A DNA stretch of 64,000 bases from assembly GCA_040954595.2 (NCBI GenBank), contig CM082595.2:4552137-4616136 (forward strand), in the 5' to 3' direction. How positions within the stretch are numbered: the stretch's first letter is position 1; each line of letters begins with the position of its first letter. The translations under genes were made by a program, and so were the position numbers. This stretch comes from Balanoglossus misakiensis (taxonomy: Eukaryota > Animalia > Hemichordata). This document shows, piece by piece, positions 47,901-62,529 of this stretch. A model generated the notes under the pieces. It saw nothing but the letters and a program-made list of their open reading frames with translations, was not told where the DNA came from and searched no databases.

Positions 47901-50900
47901 AACTTGAAAGCACAATGTAGTGATAAATGGCCCAGTGTCGTCCCAGAGCAGTGAAACTATCTTCGAATCATACAAAGTAAAATTGCAAGTTAACCCACTG
48001 AAAATAGACTGGGACTATTTGAAAGTTTCCTTAGGTAAATGCATTGCTAGTTTGTAATTATTATTTTTTTTATTCCCCTTATTCTAGAAACGGTAGACTA
48101 ATATTTCTGTCATAGTACATTGTATAAGTGAGTACTAGAGAATGTAATGATTTTTTTCATAAATTCAATTCCCCAAACGACATCTTTTTGCTTTTAGTAA
48201 GAACTAACACGATTTGCCATAGCATGGTCTTCGTGTTCATCCCCATGTCGTCACAATATCATCTCGAGATAATACTTCTTTAGCTCTTTGTGAATTGATA
48301 AAGGCTGTTGTCTCTCAAATTCTATACGCTGGGCTCTAATTCTCCCTGTGGGTTCAGTGGTGATAACGAACCGCGTATGAATCAGACTGCGCATGCTTCA
48401 TTAATGCAACGATAATTTATTGCGGGTGAAATCCCAAATCGACAGACCGCATTGAAATTAAGAGCTTATTCAAGCTATGGTTGTATGCAATTGCATTTTT
48501 CTAATGTGTTGTTTTATTTCTTGTCGGAGAAAGCCCGTCCAGACTATTAACACTGCCAAATCGAGAAAATGCGTTCAGTAGCTGCGGCAATGGATATTAA
48601 TAGAAATCCGTGGTTAAAGAATTCAGGCTTTAAACAGACCACCACCCCCCCCCCCCCCACACACACACACACAGACGCATACCCATTATCACACCGTCGT
48701 TTGTATCAATGATTGCTGTTAGCAGTCCGTCGTCGAGCTACAGAATTTCCCGCCATCAAAATTTTGGAGGGTTTCTGTCTTTTTTCGTCTAAGACCTGAA
48801 GATTCACCGAGTATATAAAAGAAAATAAGGATTAAGCTAATACGAAGATGCTTGAGTAATACCGAGTAATGATATCATCATAGCCACTACTTTTACTTTT
48901 TAAGCTCTGTGAAGATTACACTTTTTCCCCTTTGGGCCGTAATGAGGCGTAAAACGTCGAAGCCAAGGTGTCTTCTCTTGGCTCTTGTAAGCGCCTTGTT
49001 CTGTTTTCATTGGCGTGTCCTTCGCCAGAAATACTCGACCGTCGAACCATAGGGGTAACGACGCGAGGGATTCGAGTTTGACAGAAATGTCACACATTCT
49101 AACACCGCTTATAGATGACAGTGTGGTACGATGGCGGTGGTGGTGGTGGTGGTTTTCCTCTTTCTAACAAGACTGGCCTTCCCATTCATCGGAATCCTTA
49201 TTTATTTATTTGTTTATTTATCTCCGCACAAACAATTATTTTTCCCTTCCGTGATTTCAATTGTCCCACTCAATGGTCGCTTGCCGGCCGCAAAGTTGTT
49301 CCCACGAGCGTCACGCATGGTTGGAGAAGAGAAGGGACGAATTAACGACCGTCGTCGACAAAAATGCAATATCTGGATTGGTCACCCGGTCGATGTAACC
49401 GATCTGTCTTTTCGAGGGCCCGCCTTGATCTGAAGGACTGTTTCCCTACATCTTGAGAGCGAGCGAGTAATAAATGTTGAAAGGCGTACAAATTCGACAT
49501 TCAACGCCTTTAGTTATTTTGTCTTATATTTGTGTAATGCATTGATTGATATAGATTGATCAGGATCCGATTGCCAATTTACTGCAACGTTTTTTTTATT
49601 GTTGGCTAAAGACACCTCCAGTTTAAAGGGCTACTGCCTGTAACTTTTGGCTTTTTGAAAATATTCTTTCTGTGTACCAAATGCGAGTCCTTGTTCGATT
49701 CTACTCCGGACAGAATGCTAGAGTTGAAAACCAAGTTGCAACAAACGACCCTTTGCTCCGGGGTCCATGGTTGCAATAATGTCCACAGACAGTGTTGTTC
49801 GCCCTTTAAGAAAAACACAATATTTCAGCGTCTCAGAGAGACCTCCAGACATTTGACAAGAATGGGGACCCGTCCGTTGGATATTTACCTACTTTAAATA
49901 GAAAGAAAAAATACAGAGAGAGAGGGGAGACCTTCTATATTCATATTGAAAATACCAGCAATACCGGAAATCAAAACCCCTAAGGTTTAAATTGAAGGAG
50001 TCTGTCCGCCTCTGACAGGTGGTGGTGGAACCCGTGTCCTCGGCTATTCATAGCGTTGCAGGTAAAGTCGTGGGAACAGTAAGTTCTCTCGGCGCTCAAT
50101 GTCACACACCCCGGTGAGGTTGCCGCCCCCGAAGGACGACCCGGAAATTTGAAAATCAATAAAAAACAATTCTTCGTTTAGGTTTCCATTCTTGTCGATG
50201 TAAGACACCAAATAAGACATTCTTTTGATAGTCTTGTTTTTTCCGTTTTTATTTCCCATCAACCGGTAGTGAAACGGCGCGTCAAGGCAGACAGATCGAT
50301 TTTTATACCTCTCGTGAGAATTTCGTTTTCAATGGCAATTTTGAAAACGGGGAGTTAGACTGTTTTGGCTCTTTTCACGGGCGCTTTTCTGGTTTCCGGG
50401 GCAACCCCCACCGCGTTGTTCGCTCTCCGCCAGGGTGATATGTTGTCCCGGCAAGCGAGTATAGGTACACATCTCTTGGAAGTTTAAAGAGAGAGAGAGA
50501 TTCACAGTAGCGCGTTCTCTAAAAAGTTATTGACGGCTGTACTTGAATCCCGTCTCTACCCATACAAATACATTCACCGCTCATAACGACCAAGCAATGA
50601 GAGATTAAGTCGGACATTTTCATATTTAATTACACCGATAAAACATTCTACTGTCGGTTTCAGTTGACAGTGACCGATATTCTATGCCTGTCCGCCAGGG
50701 GACCGGTTACCATTTTACAGATTTAATCCGCATCAACTGCTCTTACTAAGTGTAAAATGTCTCAAAGTTTGAGAATACCGATGTGACTTTCGCAAATGAA
50801 CAGAAAAGAATCATATTCACAATGCGCCAGATCCACTTTACCATTTATCCAAAACGGGCACCGGTCAGGTTACTATATTTGCGATCCGTAAACTAAAGTT

Positions 50901-53900
50901 AACTGTCATCCTGACTAGACATTCTCAAAAGCTGACGGTAGCCTTCTAAGAAAAAACTGAAACCCTGACTCAGTCCTTCATAGTTTATTCCAAAACTGTT
51001 ATAAATTTGCCCTGAGAACATTGTAATTATTTCAACATGTTAAAAGTTCACGACAGCGTCCTGGACAAACCATTGGAACGCGTACGGCTCCAATACTTCA
51101 ATCAGCGTCGGTTATATGAGTATCTTTTATTGGGTCGTATTCCTTTCCGACGTACAAAGAATATCCTGTATTCCAGGCATTTTATTATGCATTGGAAATG
51201 AAAAACGGACAACACTAGCATTTTTTTTCTCCAGAAAAAAATGTATCCCGCGCCGTCTACTGAATCAACAAAGGGAAATATTGAATTGCCAAATGTTGTC
51301 GTCTGCCCTCGGGTCGGCCATCTTTGTGAGTTGGGACTCAGCGGGCCTGCTGAGAGTCTGTCTCACCTGGGGAAAGGACCTGGCACATTCACGCGATTCG
51401 AATGAAAGTGAGGCCGCGGTGAGCGTTTAGGAATTCTATAACAGAGGATAATAAATCTAAGGCGATGTCGCTCTCTTCGCCACCATCTGGGGGTCAGAGG
51501 TCAACCGTGAATGCGACGGGCGGTTTTGTTGGCAAGCCAACCGCGTAATTGGAAAAGTACTCCATCCACTCCTTCGGAATTACTGGCGTTGACGAGTCGT
51601 GCACCGCAAGAAGATGAACGGGCCTTAATATTTCCTACTGTCATTACGCCATGATAGGCCTAGATATATCTAGTTGAAAATCAAAACACGCAGAGGTCAC
51701 CAGAAATTAGGCACATCTTTGTCACTCCGTTGTCACTCGTTAACACACACAGCTTACACAGTCACTATATTCAATACACAGCGACCACTTCTAACCCATA
51801 GTTTAACCTAACAGGTTTCAGAATATCCGCAAAAAAAATTGAACAGTGAGTGACACGGCTTTTAGACTTCCGGTTACATCGCCAGATTAAGAGTTGTCAT
51901 GGGAACGCCGTTGCTACGAGACAACGATCTGTGCCCCTGCGGTGCGTGGGAAAGCGACACCTTAAGTATGAACGAAGATGGACGCGCCCTTCTTTTAATT
52001 GGGGGTTTGTCCTCAAACCCATCTAGAACTTGAACCTTTGAGATGGAAAATCTAAGTCCTTCAAATGAGATGGCGATTTCCGGCAGTGTCCGGGTTTTTC
52101 TCACGACCAACCCACGACGTCTTCGACTAGAGCGAAGAAAGGAAAGCAAAAATATAGTGCAGCGCAGAGAGCATGATCGTAATTCGACTGAAGTTGAAAC
52201 CCCACTTAAAATCACAAAACTGTAATTTCGTGAAAAACTCGAAAATGTTTAGAGTTCGACGTCACTACAAACGCACAATAATTTCAATGAACGGGGAGAA
52301 AAATGAATGAATGAATGAATGAATGAATCTTTATCATTTACTGTCAATCTTTCCCAAGTTTCCCAAAGAGTGGAATTGGGCCTGTGTTCGCACGTACGTA
52401 TCAGCAGATATCTAATACGGGGAACTTTCTACAGAGCGGCGGGGAACCGGGCGGTCTTAGCCGGTAAAAACGCACCCTTTCTCCGCTTTCAGAAATGACT
52501 CCGTTTGTTCGGCGAGTGGCGTGACTTATGGTGTCCTCTGCATTGAAGGCACCTTGTGTGTCGCCCACATGATACACCATCCAACTCATTCATTCACGAT
52601 CTGCTGTCGGGGCCGGTAGAAAGTGTGGGAACATGATTTGTTTGCAGGTGGGTTGCCTAGGCTACCAAACGTTGCCGACTCGCGAGGGGCCGCGGCGTCA
52701 CAGAGGAGACGTGAATAGGCCCCGAGTCGTATCGGTGATGTCATCATTGGCAACTCATAGGGGACTAGATAATCACACCGTTTTGCCGGCAATCGCACTT
52801 TTGTTGCCATTCAGGGGCGCCTGAATTCAAATTCAAATCCGGTTGACCTGTTCTGCGTTCTTTCCCACGACCTGTGGGCCAAGCTCCTTTTTGTCTGGCT
52901 CCCATACACGTGGGATACAACTGGCGTTTAACAGAGATCCTCTTGGATTCCTGCCATCAGGCGGTGGGAACATTTCCCCACAGCTGAATGACCAGTGCAT
53001 CGGAATGTAAGGCCGCCAACAATCCCCGCGTGTTCAACACAGCACTTTTTTTGTCACGGCACGGCCCCATTCAATACCGTCCTAATAATTCCCTGTGTGA
53101 CAAGAATGCAAATACCGATATATTTTTTTTCTTCTTCAAATTTTCTCGCAAAATCTCGTCCCTGGAGGGTTCACAACGGACACTCTTTTGTCCGGCAGGC
53201 AAGAACCAGGGTTCCGGGGACAACGGTGCGTGGGACCCGTTGTGGGAAAAAAAGTACGCATAAAAACAGTCGACTTTTATGAGAAGGTGCTTCCAATTGA
53301 CGCATCTTTTCTACTGTTCCATTTCGGTGCAAATTTGGTCCGATTCCCAGAACCCATGACGTCATCGCCATGGCTTTAGAACAATTTTGTATTTAAAAAA
53401 GGCTACATAATAAAGTGGTGATTATTTTATATATTAGCATATTATACGATTCGTTACCGAGTGTGCTTCGGAATTGAGCACGTCTGTACAACAGTTATTG
53501 GGTGGGAGAAAGATTGAATTTTCTTTAAAAAAAATTGCTTCGTCCGTGTGTATCGTATCAACGCGTTACCGCATTCTGAACATTGTTTTTCGCTGCCGTA
53601 TCCAGCCGCCGCCTTTCGGGTCTCCGATAACCGACCGCACACCTGCAGCGCCCGGGTTATTCTAACATGTAAAACAAAAAAGGCCAACGTTTGCAGAGCG
53701 CCGAGATTTCAATTTAGCAGATCAGTGTGTGTGGTAGGCAGAAGGGCTTTGCGGCGCTGAGCAAACTGAATTGAAGACATTCAAAATTGGGAATATCGCT
53801 ATTGGCGTGGAACGGTCACTAATCCGCAGCCGTGGGCAAGCATTACTTCCAAGAGAGATAGCATCGAACGTTTCGACCCAACAGTCATGGAATCGCTCTG

Positions 53901-54319
53901 GGTTGTTTGTTAAATCAGCGTCCGATGTCGGATACTGATCTAATACAGCAGATATATGAATATTTAAGGTTGTGAGCAGTGACGGATATGCATTACACCT
54001 TTTCGATGGAAAAGTGTCAGAAAATTGTCGCTTGTTCGTCACGGGACTCGCCCGTGAATTCGACAGACACGTTGACTTTGTGATTTTGTCCCCGAGTAAT
54101 TTCAAATAGACTTCTTTGTGTCGGTAGAGAGAACTCGAAAGGGACGCCACTTGGGCCCCGGCAATAGACCGTTGTGAAAATTATAAAGCGAAATAGTCGT
54201 CTTTGTCAAAGTGAACAATCAGATGAACCTCTTCTCTTCATCATTCTTTCCCGACTCGCGTCGTTCTCCCTCAGGGCATCCCCGTTGGGTACACAGACTT
54301 TCCGGCCCTCTCGTCGTCG

Positions 54320-54495
54320 CTCGTACGGCCAGTTCAATCAGCAACTAGGCCTATGCCGCAACGTGGCAACGTGCAGGCCTTTTATAGGAGAAAAAAATAA
54401 TATATTCATCGCACCTGGTCAAAATATTCAAATAACGAAAGTAATCGATAAACACACCTGGTCGCGAAACAATAGAAAACTTCTCCTACGTCACA
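54320..54495 (-). promoter_or_regulatory. Duplicated module, copy B: minus-strand TATAAAAG with two upstream CAGGTG E-boxes
   Basis: Homologous to 38135-38303; TATAAAA (minus) 54380-54386; CACCTG at 54412 and 54455. Confidence 0.5.
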
Positions 54496-55188
54496 GTTGA
54501 ACTCGGGGACCTCTCGCTAATAACGGTGCTTGCTTCAAGCCGTGCGGTTGACACGAGGAAAGCACCGAACGCGCTTGAACTTCAAACTTTCTGAACGCAC
54601 AGAAGGTGGCCATTTTGTCAAATAATACTTTATTAGTCGGAGGTTGCATTATATTATATTTCTATGGAGTAGTTTTCTTAATATGTGTCGCCCAATTCTT
54701 GAAATAATCTATAATCTGAATATTTATATTGCGCTGTGTTGGTGATTTACGATTACGCATTGTCAAAGTGACATCGAACGTTTCCTTGTATTGCGATCAA
54801 ATTAAATCAAAAATGTAATCAAAACCACGTTACTATCCCTACTCGCCTTAGTTTGTTTCTGATCTCGATTTATCTTTGGGAAGACCAACCCGGGTTGGGC
54901 TATGGCCCTAATCTCCCACGTGACTCCCATTTCAAATTCTGCCGCGGGTTCTATGAGACGTTATATTTTTTTATCCCCGGAAATCGTAAAATACAAATTT
55001 ATCAAAGAGAATTCCACACCCTCGTTAAAATTTCTCGCTAGAGAACTTATTCCCTCATGGGGGCACTTCGTTTTTTTTTAAGTGATGGTAGCTGTGTACG
55101 TTGTAACCCACCGCCCGCCGGTTACTGTATAACCTATGCCTGTCAAAAAAGTTGACAAACGTACGTGGACGCACGTCTTTTGGACAGG

Positions 55189-55330
55189 TTAATTGTATAC
55201 GGACACCGATGCAAATTTAGCCACTGTTACCATGACAAATTGAGATCTAGCCAATCACAGATTTTCAGTGGGTGACACACGCGAACAAATGTTCTTTAGA
55301 ACACTCAAATACGCCATTTTAGCCATATAT
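55189..55330 (-). mobile_element. Dispersed repeat fragment (copy 2), inverted relative to 2292-2449
   Basis: atgcaaatttagc..gttaccatg.caaat.gagatctagccaatcacag..tttcagtgggtg.cacacgcgaa matches the reverse complement of the intronic copy. Confidence 0.75.
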
Positions 55331-58300
55331 GGGAGTATGTAAATTCGGGGTGACTACGTATACCTTTAAACCGGTGACACGAGCGTCTTAGGGTATTAAA
55401 GGCAGGAGTACAAAGGAATTTGTCCATTCCCACGGTTTGGGGGGCATTGTTCGCGAGCCACTTCGATTGTTTATCCGCTGCTGCTGAGACGGTATTTCAT
55501 CCTCCGGCTAACCGATCGAAGCACCCGCGTAAGATCACGGAAAACGCGCGCAACAAATTCAGTTACCCCGTTCTCATTTTTACACACGTCAAGTAAATTC
55601 CAACAGTACAGGTTGGGAAATTCCGCCACACGGATGTTCCCTGCACACGTGCCGCGCACGAAAGCATTCTGTGAATCGAATTAAAAGCCTTTTGTTTTTA
55701 CTGCTTGCCTATGCAAATCGTTTCTATGTGCATCCACCGTTATGCTTTGTCAGCGAATCATCTCCATTGTGAGCTCCCGAACAATGGCCGACAATGGCGA
55801 GCGCAGTCTTCCCACGAGCGGTACAAAACATGTCGGGGAGTTGGGCTTTCCCACCGACACTTCGGCAATTTAAACTCGTTTTGCATTCCTGTAATTTTAA
55901 CGACCCATAAAATCGTCCTTTGGGCGCCGGTGTTGTCGTGAGTACGGCTGAATACCTGCTACTCCCGAGTGTAACAAAATTCGCTCAAAAGGCCGGGACT
56001 GGCACGACTCGCGGACGGTCCTTTCCCACGTCGGTGGAAGAGAGAAGACCCAGGTAGCGATATCTCGAAATTAAAAAAAATCTCAAAATCCAATAGTTCG
56101 GGTTTCTTGTCATGGGGTCACGAAGCACCTTTGCATCCGAGGTCGTGGCTTGCGATATGCGCACAGGCACGTCGGGGCCCGGGACAATATTTTACAGTCG
56201 GGGTTAAAAGTGTATATAGCTGAGCTCGCTCTTTTAATTCAACTATACAGCCTTGAAGAATACCCTTTATCATTTTTTTCGTCCTGTTCGTCTGCCAGCC
56301 TCCAAGCGTCGGAATTTCTCCCCGCGTCTAGTATGTTTCGACGTATGTTTTTCACGACGTATTCGGATGCTCTCTCTCGAAGTCCGTATACACGTCGTCC
56401 ATTTCTTATGACACAATTTTACCGTCGTAAATGTTTATCTTCGGGTCGGAAACAAGCTCAAAGTAAATCAAATCTTATCCCTCGGGGGGATTTCTTGTTT
56501 TGAAATCAAATTGTGCGGCGGATTAATCTCATCCTTATTGCATAAGATGTTTCGTAAGTTTTCAATATGCATTACGTGTCTAATCTTACTGCATTGCATT
56601 ACGTTAAACCGTATTACATCACATTCTCTGAATCACACCATCACCCAACACAGCACAATATTATGTTTGACAGTTTCCTACTCCTAAGATATGTTTGGGA
56701 ATCACTTTGTTATGCGCAATTCGGCAAAAAAAACGCTTTCATATAACGTGTCTCACACACCCGAGTGTTGACCACGAAATAGCCGGTTTTCCTAGCTGTT
56801 CTGTGGGATCATACGATTTACGCGCGAGATTTTCGATGTCCAGGCCAGGCATAGCCTAGTCCTAGCCTAGTTTTGGAAGCAAAGCGGACAAAATACGACT
56901 AGGACTAGGCCAGGCGGGAACGAGGCGAGTTCCCTCTCCGGAAGTCTTGCAATCTCCGCGGTCCTGGATGCGTTGCGCGTGGCAACGACGAGTAGCGGGG
57001 AGGTCGCGACCCCAGCCTATCTTAAATGGGGCCTTGTACAAAAGGAAAACGGAAGCTGGATGAGGAGGCCAGCCGCTTGCAGGTGCTTGAAGCGACTCCC
57101 CAGCCACGCGTCAACAACAACACGGCATTATTTGCGATGAAAGCAATTTAATAAATATCTCATGCTTGTTTGGTCTGGTTTAACGCGCCATCTGGCCGAA
57201 ACATCGGTATAGGCAAATCTCAACTTTGCCACCGAGTACAAAACTCGTTCTGGCATAGCCTGGCATAGCATGGCATAGGCTAGCATGAATGATATGAAAT
57301 GAAACAATGATGTCGCGTTATATCGGTTAGAAATGTCATTATGAAATTATCAAGTAAAGCTATTCACATCATGATAAATATATTCAATACTGAGTCCGCT
57401 TTTAACTCGATTCCCAATTTTCGCGATTTTCGGGGTTGGGTTGGGTGGGTGTTTTATGTAAGAAATTATCAGACGCCGCGACTGATGCTGTGAAAATCTG
57501 ACTTATAATTCGTTGAACCAGCGGCGCCATAATACAACGAATGGCCAATTAAGATAAATCCCGGTCGATGTGTCAAATGTCTCTGGTCGATATATGTAAC
57601 GGAATGACAATCGACCCACCGTAGCGTTGTGACTAGTCAGTCTGCTGACTTCTTCCCTGGGAATATTTGCACGCGCACGCGCGTTGGCAATCATGTCAGA
57701 GGAGGATTTCCCACAACGAGGCTATTTTGTTTGTTCTTCCCACGGGTTTCTATGGTTACAGAATCGCAGCCGCGGTTATCTGGAGTAGTGATTTATCATT
57801 AGTTAAGATATCAGTGTTTGGTCGCAAATACTGAAACCATGAAATGTCCAGGGCTTGTTGAGTTTCAGATTTAACTTTTTTTTACTGTTTTTTTAAAAAC
57901 ACCGTAAAAAGGATATGTACGTGTGCTGCATTTTAACAGCGTTTGAATAATGACTCAATATTTTTTCCGGATCACCGAATCCGAGCCCTGGTTGTAACGG
58001 CGTTTTGCTTCAATCTGTTGGTGCGTTTGTTTTAGGAGGGGGTTAACGGTCTATAACGGTAATATTGATATCAGGCACTTTATGACGGAGCGTCATCGAT
58101 CCGCTGTCGGGAAGTTGGTCGTGTGTCAGCGTAGAGGCGGCCCGTGCCATGTGCGTGTGGTGGTTGGGGGGGGGAGGGGGGTAAATATATGATTAACTGT
58201 CTTATGATTCTTATGATGAAATGTTTCGGGAAATAGACATTAATTTGACGTGACGAGAGAGGCGCGTTCCCCGGGGCGCGTTCGGCAGGTGAGCGGGCGG

Positions 58301-61300
58301 GCGGGCGGAGAGTCAGCCAGCGGAACGCATGGAAAACAAACCGCTGGGGAAACAGTTAATGCATCCCCGAGAGCCACAAATCGTTCTGGGTTGTTGTTGA
58401 TGGCCATGGTTCAGCGGCAACGGAGTATCGGACACTATGCACAACAATATTTATACATTGATTGTCACCAATTACTAATGGCCAGTCTGTCTTGAACAAT
58501 TGAGTGTAAGAACTCAGACAGTCGCCCCTATTACAATTTGAATAATTCCTCGGCCGTTACAGAAGTGCTCTTCTCGATGTTTTAAAAATGTTGTTGTAAA
58601 TATTTCGCGGGTGTCACTCACTCGCGATGATTCGGCATAACTTTTGCTTGACAAGGGGAGAAATAAATTATCAGTTATCTTTGGGGTAGCGTAGCGTCGA
58701 TCGGAAGCGTTTCATTTGCACCGGATAAAAGCCATGCCCCCAGGCCGAGTTATTGTGTCTACAGAGGCGTAGTGTAACTATCGCCCCGGCATGAATATGA
58801 TTTATGGCGACTTGTTGCCCCGTTTCTATTAACTTTTCAACAAAATGGCTGAAATTACAATCACGGTGTATTGTGTCGTTTAACGGAGTTGCAGTGGCGA
58901 GCAAGGGGGTAGTCTTGCTCGGGTGCGCGCCCACACCGCGGCGCGTGTCGCGTCCAGTGTTTCGCCGTCCCTTCCGGGGGGATCCACGTGTGCGCTCGGT
59001 AAATCAGCGCATGCCATCTGCGGATTGGCGTAAAATTGGTCAAACTGGAAATGGGTCGATCCGTTGGGGAGGGGGGGGGGGCTAATATGTTTGGTTAGTT
59101 TCATAATCATGTCTGGGAAGAGGTGAACAAATAAAGGGTTGGGTTGTTTGAAATAATTTTTGTGGTCAAACAATTCAGATTTTAAAAAAATATTTCGCCG
59201 ATTTAGAGTAGAGAAATGTTTTGATTATCCCCGTCCAGATAACGTGGGAAAGTCACAGCGCTGTATAGGAATCTGCTGTTTGGAAAGCCACTTTGCATAA
59301 TCAGGGCTGTTTAATTGTTTCTCTATAGAGCAGGTGTTTGTAAGTCGCACGTCCGGTCTCACGCTCTGTGTTTATCCGGAAACGGTTTCGTGATATCGGC
59401 CTTGCAGCGTCGCGACGCGCACGCTGGACTTGATCTCGCGCGCGGGCGGGCACGCTGAGAGAAAAAAATCGTCGGGTTTTTTGGTGATTTCTTTTTACCC
59501 TAACTTGCATCGGAATTTTTTTTCTCGCCGAGAGTGATGGAATGCGAACGGGGGAGAAAGTAGCGCACTATGCGGGCCTGGCTGCCAATACACCGCCACG
59601 TGTTGCCACGTGACGCGCCCGTACCGGGGAGGTTCTCTCAGGCGAAAAGCAAACAGCTACGGGGAGAAACGTCCATAATGGCTGGCGAGAAAACAATGCC
59701 AATGTGATTAGTTCGAGCACTGACATCCCCCCACTCAAGAATGATTCGCGCCAGTTTGGCTGCTTAGCATGTCAATTGGCCGGCATTGTCCACCACCGTG
59801 GGAACGCAACTCGCGCACAATGGTGATATCAGAGCTCGCTTTGTGCCAGGTGAATGGACATACGATAGACGCTTGCACTCAGATCAAATACTTTCATATA
59901 AAAGGATTTGTAGGAGAAGTTCCCACGGACAGACTCGCGTTCTTTCACTTTTTCCTATGCATACCTTTAGTGCAACAAAATTCCTTCACAGCGAACAGAT
60001 GGCTCGCTGCTATTCTCGCAACGTGCACCGGACGGACCCTCATCCCATCTCCCCGTCCATTTCTTATTTTCTCCAGCCGATGACTGAGCGACAGATGTTT
60101 ATTTTGAGAATAAATCCGGGGCGATCAAACATGTTCAGACTTAATTAATTTATGGTAAATATCAATAAAGCGATACTCCCTGGGCATGTTGCCGGCGATG
60201 GTTGGGTTGTCACGTGACCAAACTATTGAACAACAGGTACTGGTTGTCATAGTGACAAATGACAGCGTAGCTGAGTTCGGCAAGCTCGTCACCCCCTGAA
60301 CAGGTAGTTCGCAGTGACGTGACAAACGGTTGACTTGACAGAGTTTATTGGCGTCCATAGACTCTCGCAGGCGCTTTAGATATACATGTACATGCATACT
60401 GGTATATTTTTTTCTCACATAGGGATTGTCAGATACGACGGTCGACGCCTCAAAACTAAACTAAGAACAGCTGGCGCGTTTCCTTCTCTTCCTACCCGTA
60501 CTAGGACCATTTTTTTTCCTGAAGACCAAATTCTGCTTGGCTGGAACCCCAGCGAAATCGGTGCTCGCAATTAAAATCTAAACAACACGCCGTATCGAGT
60601 TGCATATCAAACGGCGGTTGTTGGGGTTGCGCGCACACGGATCTGACCACACCGTCCGGGCCAAGAAATACCGTTCCCACCCAATTCCCATGACCCACAA
60701 AACCGGAGAAATAGCGCGGTGGAGACATACACACTTTCGGGCAGCATTGCTTTTTCACCCATCAAAACTTAGTGTTCACCATTCGCATTTGTGGAAACCT
60801 TTCTCGGGGTCCAATAAAACTTTTAAATCGATTTTAGTAGCGCGGAATGTCCCAGTACGTGATGAGAGATATTTCCCCGACGCAGTTGTACATTTTACAC
60901 TTTTGAAACGATACAGCACTTAACGCCAAAAAATGTCATATGCAAACTGCATAAGGTACATATTGCAAATTCCGATGTCTTTTTCAAAATATATTTCAAT
61001 ATTTACTGAAGTTATGAGGCGAGGGGTTATAAGATTTTTATGAGGCCAGACCATCTTCGCCCTTCACACCTGTTGCGATAAATCGTCGACCGTTCTGCAG
61101 CACAGCGAAACTGTCAATCGAACCCTGGGCGCGCCGCAGTGAAATACTGCCAGCGCACTTGTCAAGCGAAGCGAAACCAACCGATTGAGCATTTCCGTGT
61201 CAAAAATGACTTTCAGTCGGGTATCATTTTTAAACTCTAAAGTTTCCCCTCTGTCAGAGGCAACCCTGGAAAGAAAGAAAAAAAAACGGGGGCAGGAAAC

Positions 61301-62529
61301 CGCATTCCGATGCTCTCACGTAATGCGGGGCCTGGGCGCCCACTCGTTGGCTGCTGGCGTTCGACACGTCTATTCAGAAACCTTTCAGCGAAATGCGTGC
61401 GAAGTACTGGATCGGCGTCGTGTGCATGAAAAGTTGGCGCTTGTAGGAAAAAAAATCCGGCGATGTGATTTCCACGTCTCGGGGTTTGTGCCAATTGCTT
61501 TCAAGGGTTTTATCTGGAGTATTGACTCGCGCGCGACGCTCTCAAGTGCCTACAATAAATAATACGCGAACAGCTGATCAGTACTTGAAACCTCTTCCGG
61601 AATCGTTGAAACCCGGACGAAAAGTGCTAAATTCGACGGTTTTTGGTACAATTGTCGACTGGTATAGGCTGTGTCTGTCAAAACGTGTCTCGCTGCGCAG
61701 TCTGGGGGCATTCCGACACTGCGCAGTGTCGGTATGCCACCGTGAGAAAATTCCGCTCAGAACAAACGGAAAATGGTTATCGGAGACCAACATGCATAAT
61801 ATATATCAAGGCTTGGTTGGAGCTCTGCGCGAAAACTACTCAAAAGCAATAAAAACTTATGTCGAAATTGTAAAAAAACAACAACAGACTTTTCCTCGGT
61901 TGGGTGGGAGAATGCCGCGCCGGGAAGGAAAGTCGGAAGGAAGGGTTTGCATTTTATGTCGGACTCTAGAAATGCCGCGATCCACGATAACCCCTTGATC
62001 TGTCCAAAAGGCGCGTCTGCCCCCAGATAAGCCGTTTCGCTTTCCCGTCGCAAACAGTCAAATCGGTCACCACGTCGGTTAGGGTGGGGGAGGGGGTCGC
62101 ATTTGGGGGGCTCAAGTAAACACTTTTGCCAGGCAAAGGGGCCTGCTGCCACACGCTTTTAAAATTTAATGACAGGACTTGGTCCGTTCGCGTTGGGTAT
62201 CACATTCCGTCACAGTGTAAGGGGAACGTGGCTTCTTCCAGTCGGGGATTGCTTGTCCATTGGAATGCTGGGATTGGACTGGCCGAATCAGAAGCAATAA
62301 TATATTTAGTCTTCGGCTGGGCTACGTTATCGAACAGGCTTGTTTACATATGAAATACTTGTTTACAATATGCCTTCTCGCGAGTGCTGTGGGCGGAGTT
62401 TTCCCACACACCGACCACGCTCAACGCAGCACGACAACAAAGGATATGGCACGTGCTTGTGAAAGATAATGGCTTGACACTTAACGTCTCGCATGCCAAC
62501 AGATGTCAACTGTCAATAGTAATTACACA

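Larger units (their letters stand above)
49299..62408. promoter_or_regulatory. Cluster of CSL/Su(H) sites (YGTGGGAA) upstream of HES: probable Notch-responsive enhancers
   Basis: Sites at 49299, 50069, 51945, 52624, 52862, 53241, 55427, 55809, 56023, 57708, 57737, 59243, 59797, 59920, 62401. Confidence 0.7.

Noticed and set aside
53722-54150. 142-aa ORF downstream of the orphan TATA as a Bearded-like or second HES gene
   Set aside because: Non-ATG start and no bHLH, WRPW or Neuralized-binding motifs recognised.
57185-57198. CTCF-like motifs (here and near 10064, 37022, 59012)
   Set aside because: Degenerate motif expected by chance in 64 kb; cannot be supported without a PWM scan and ChIP data.
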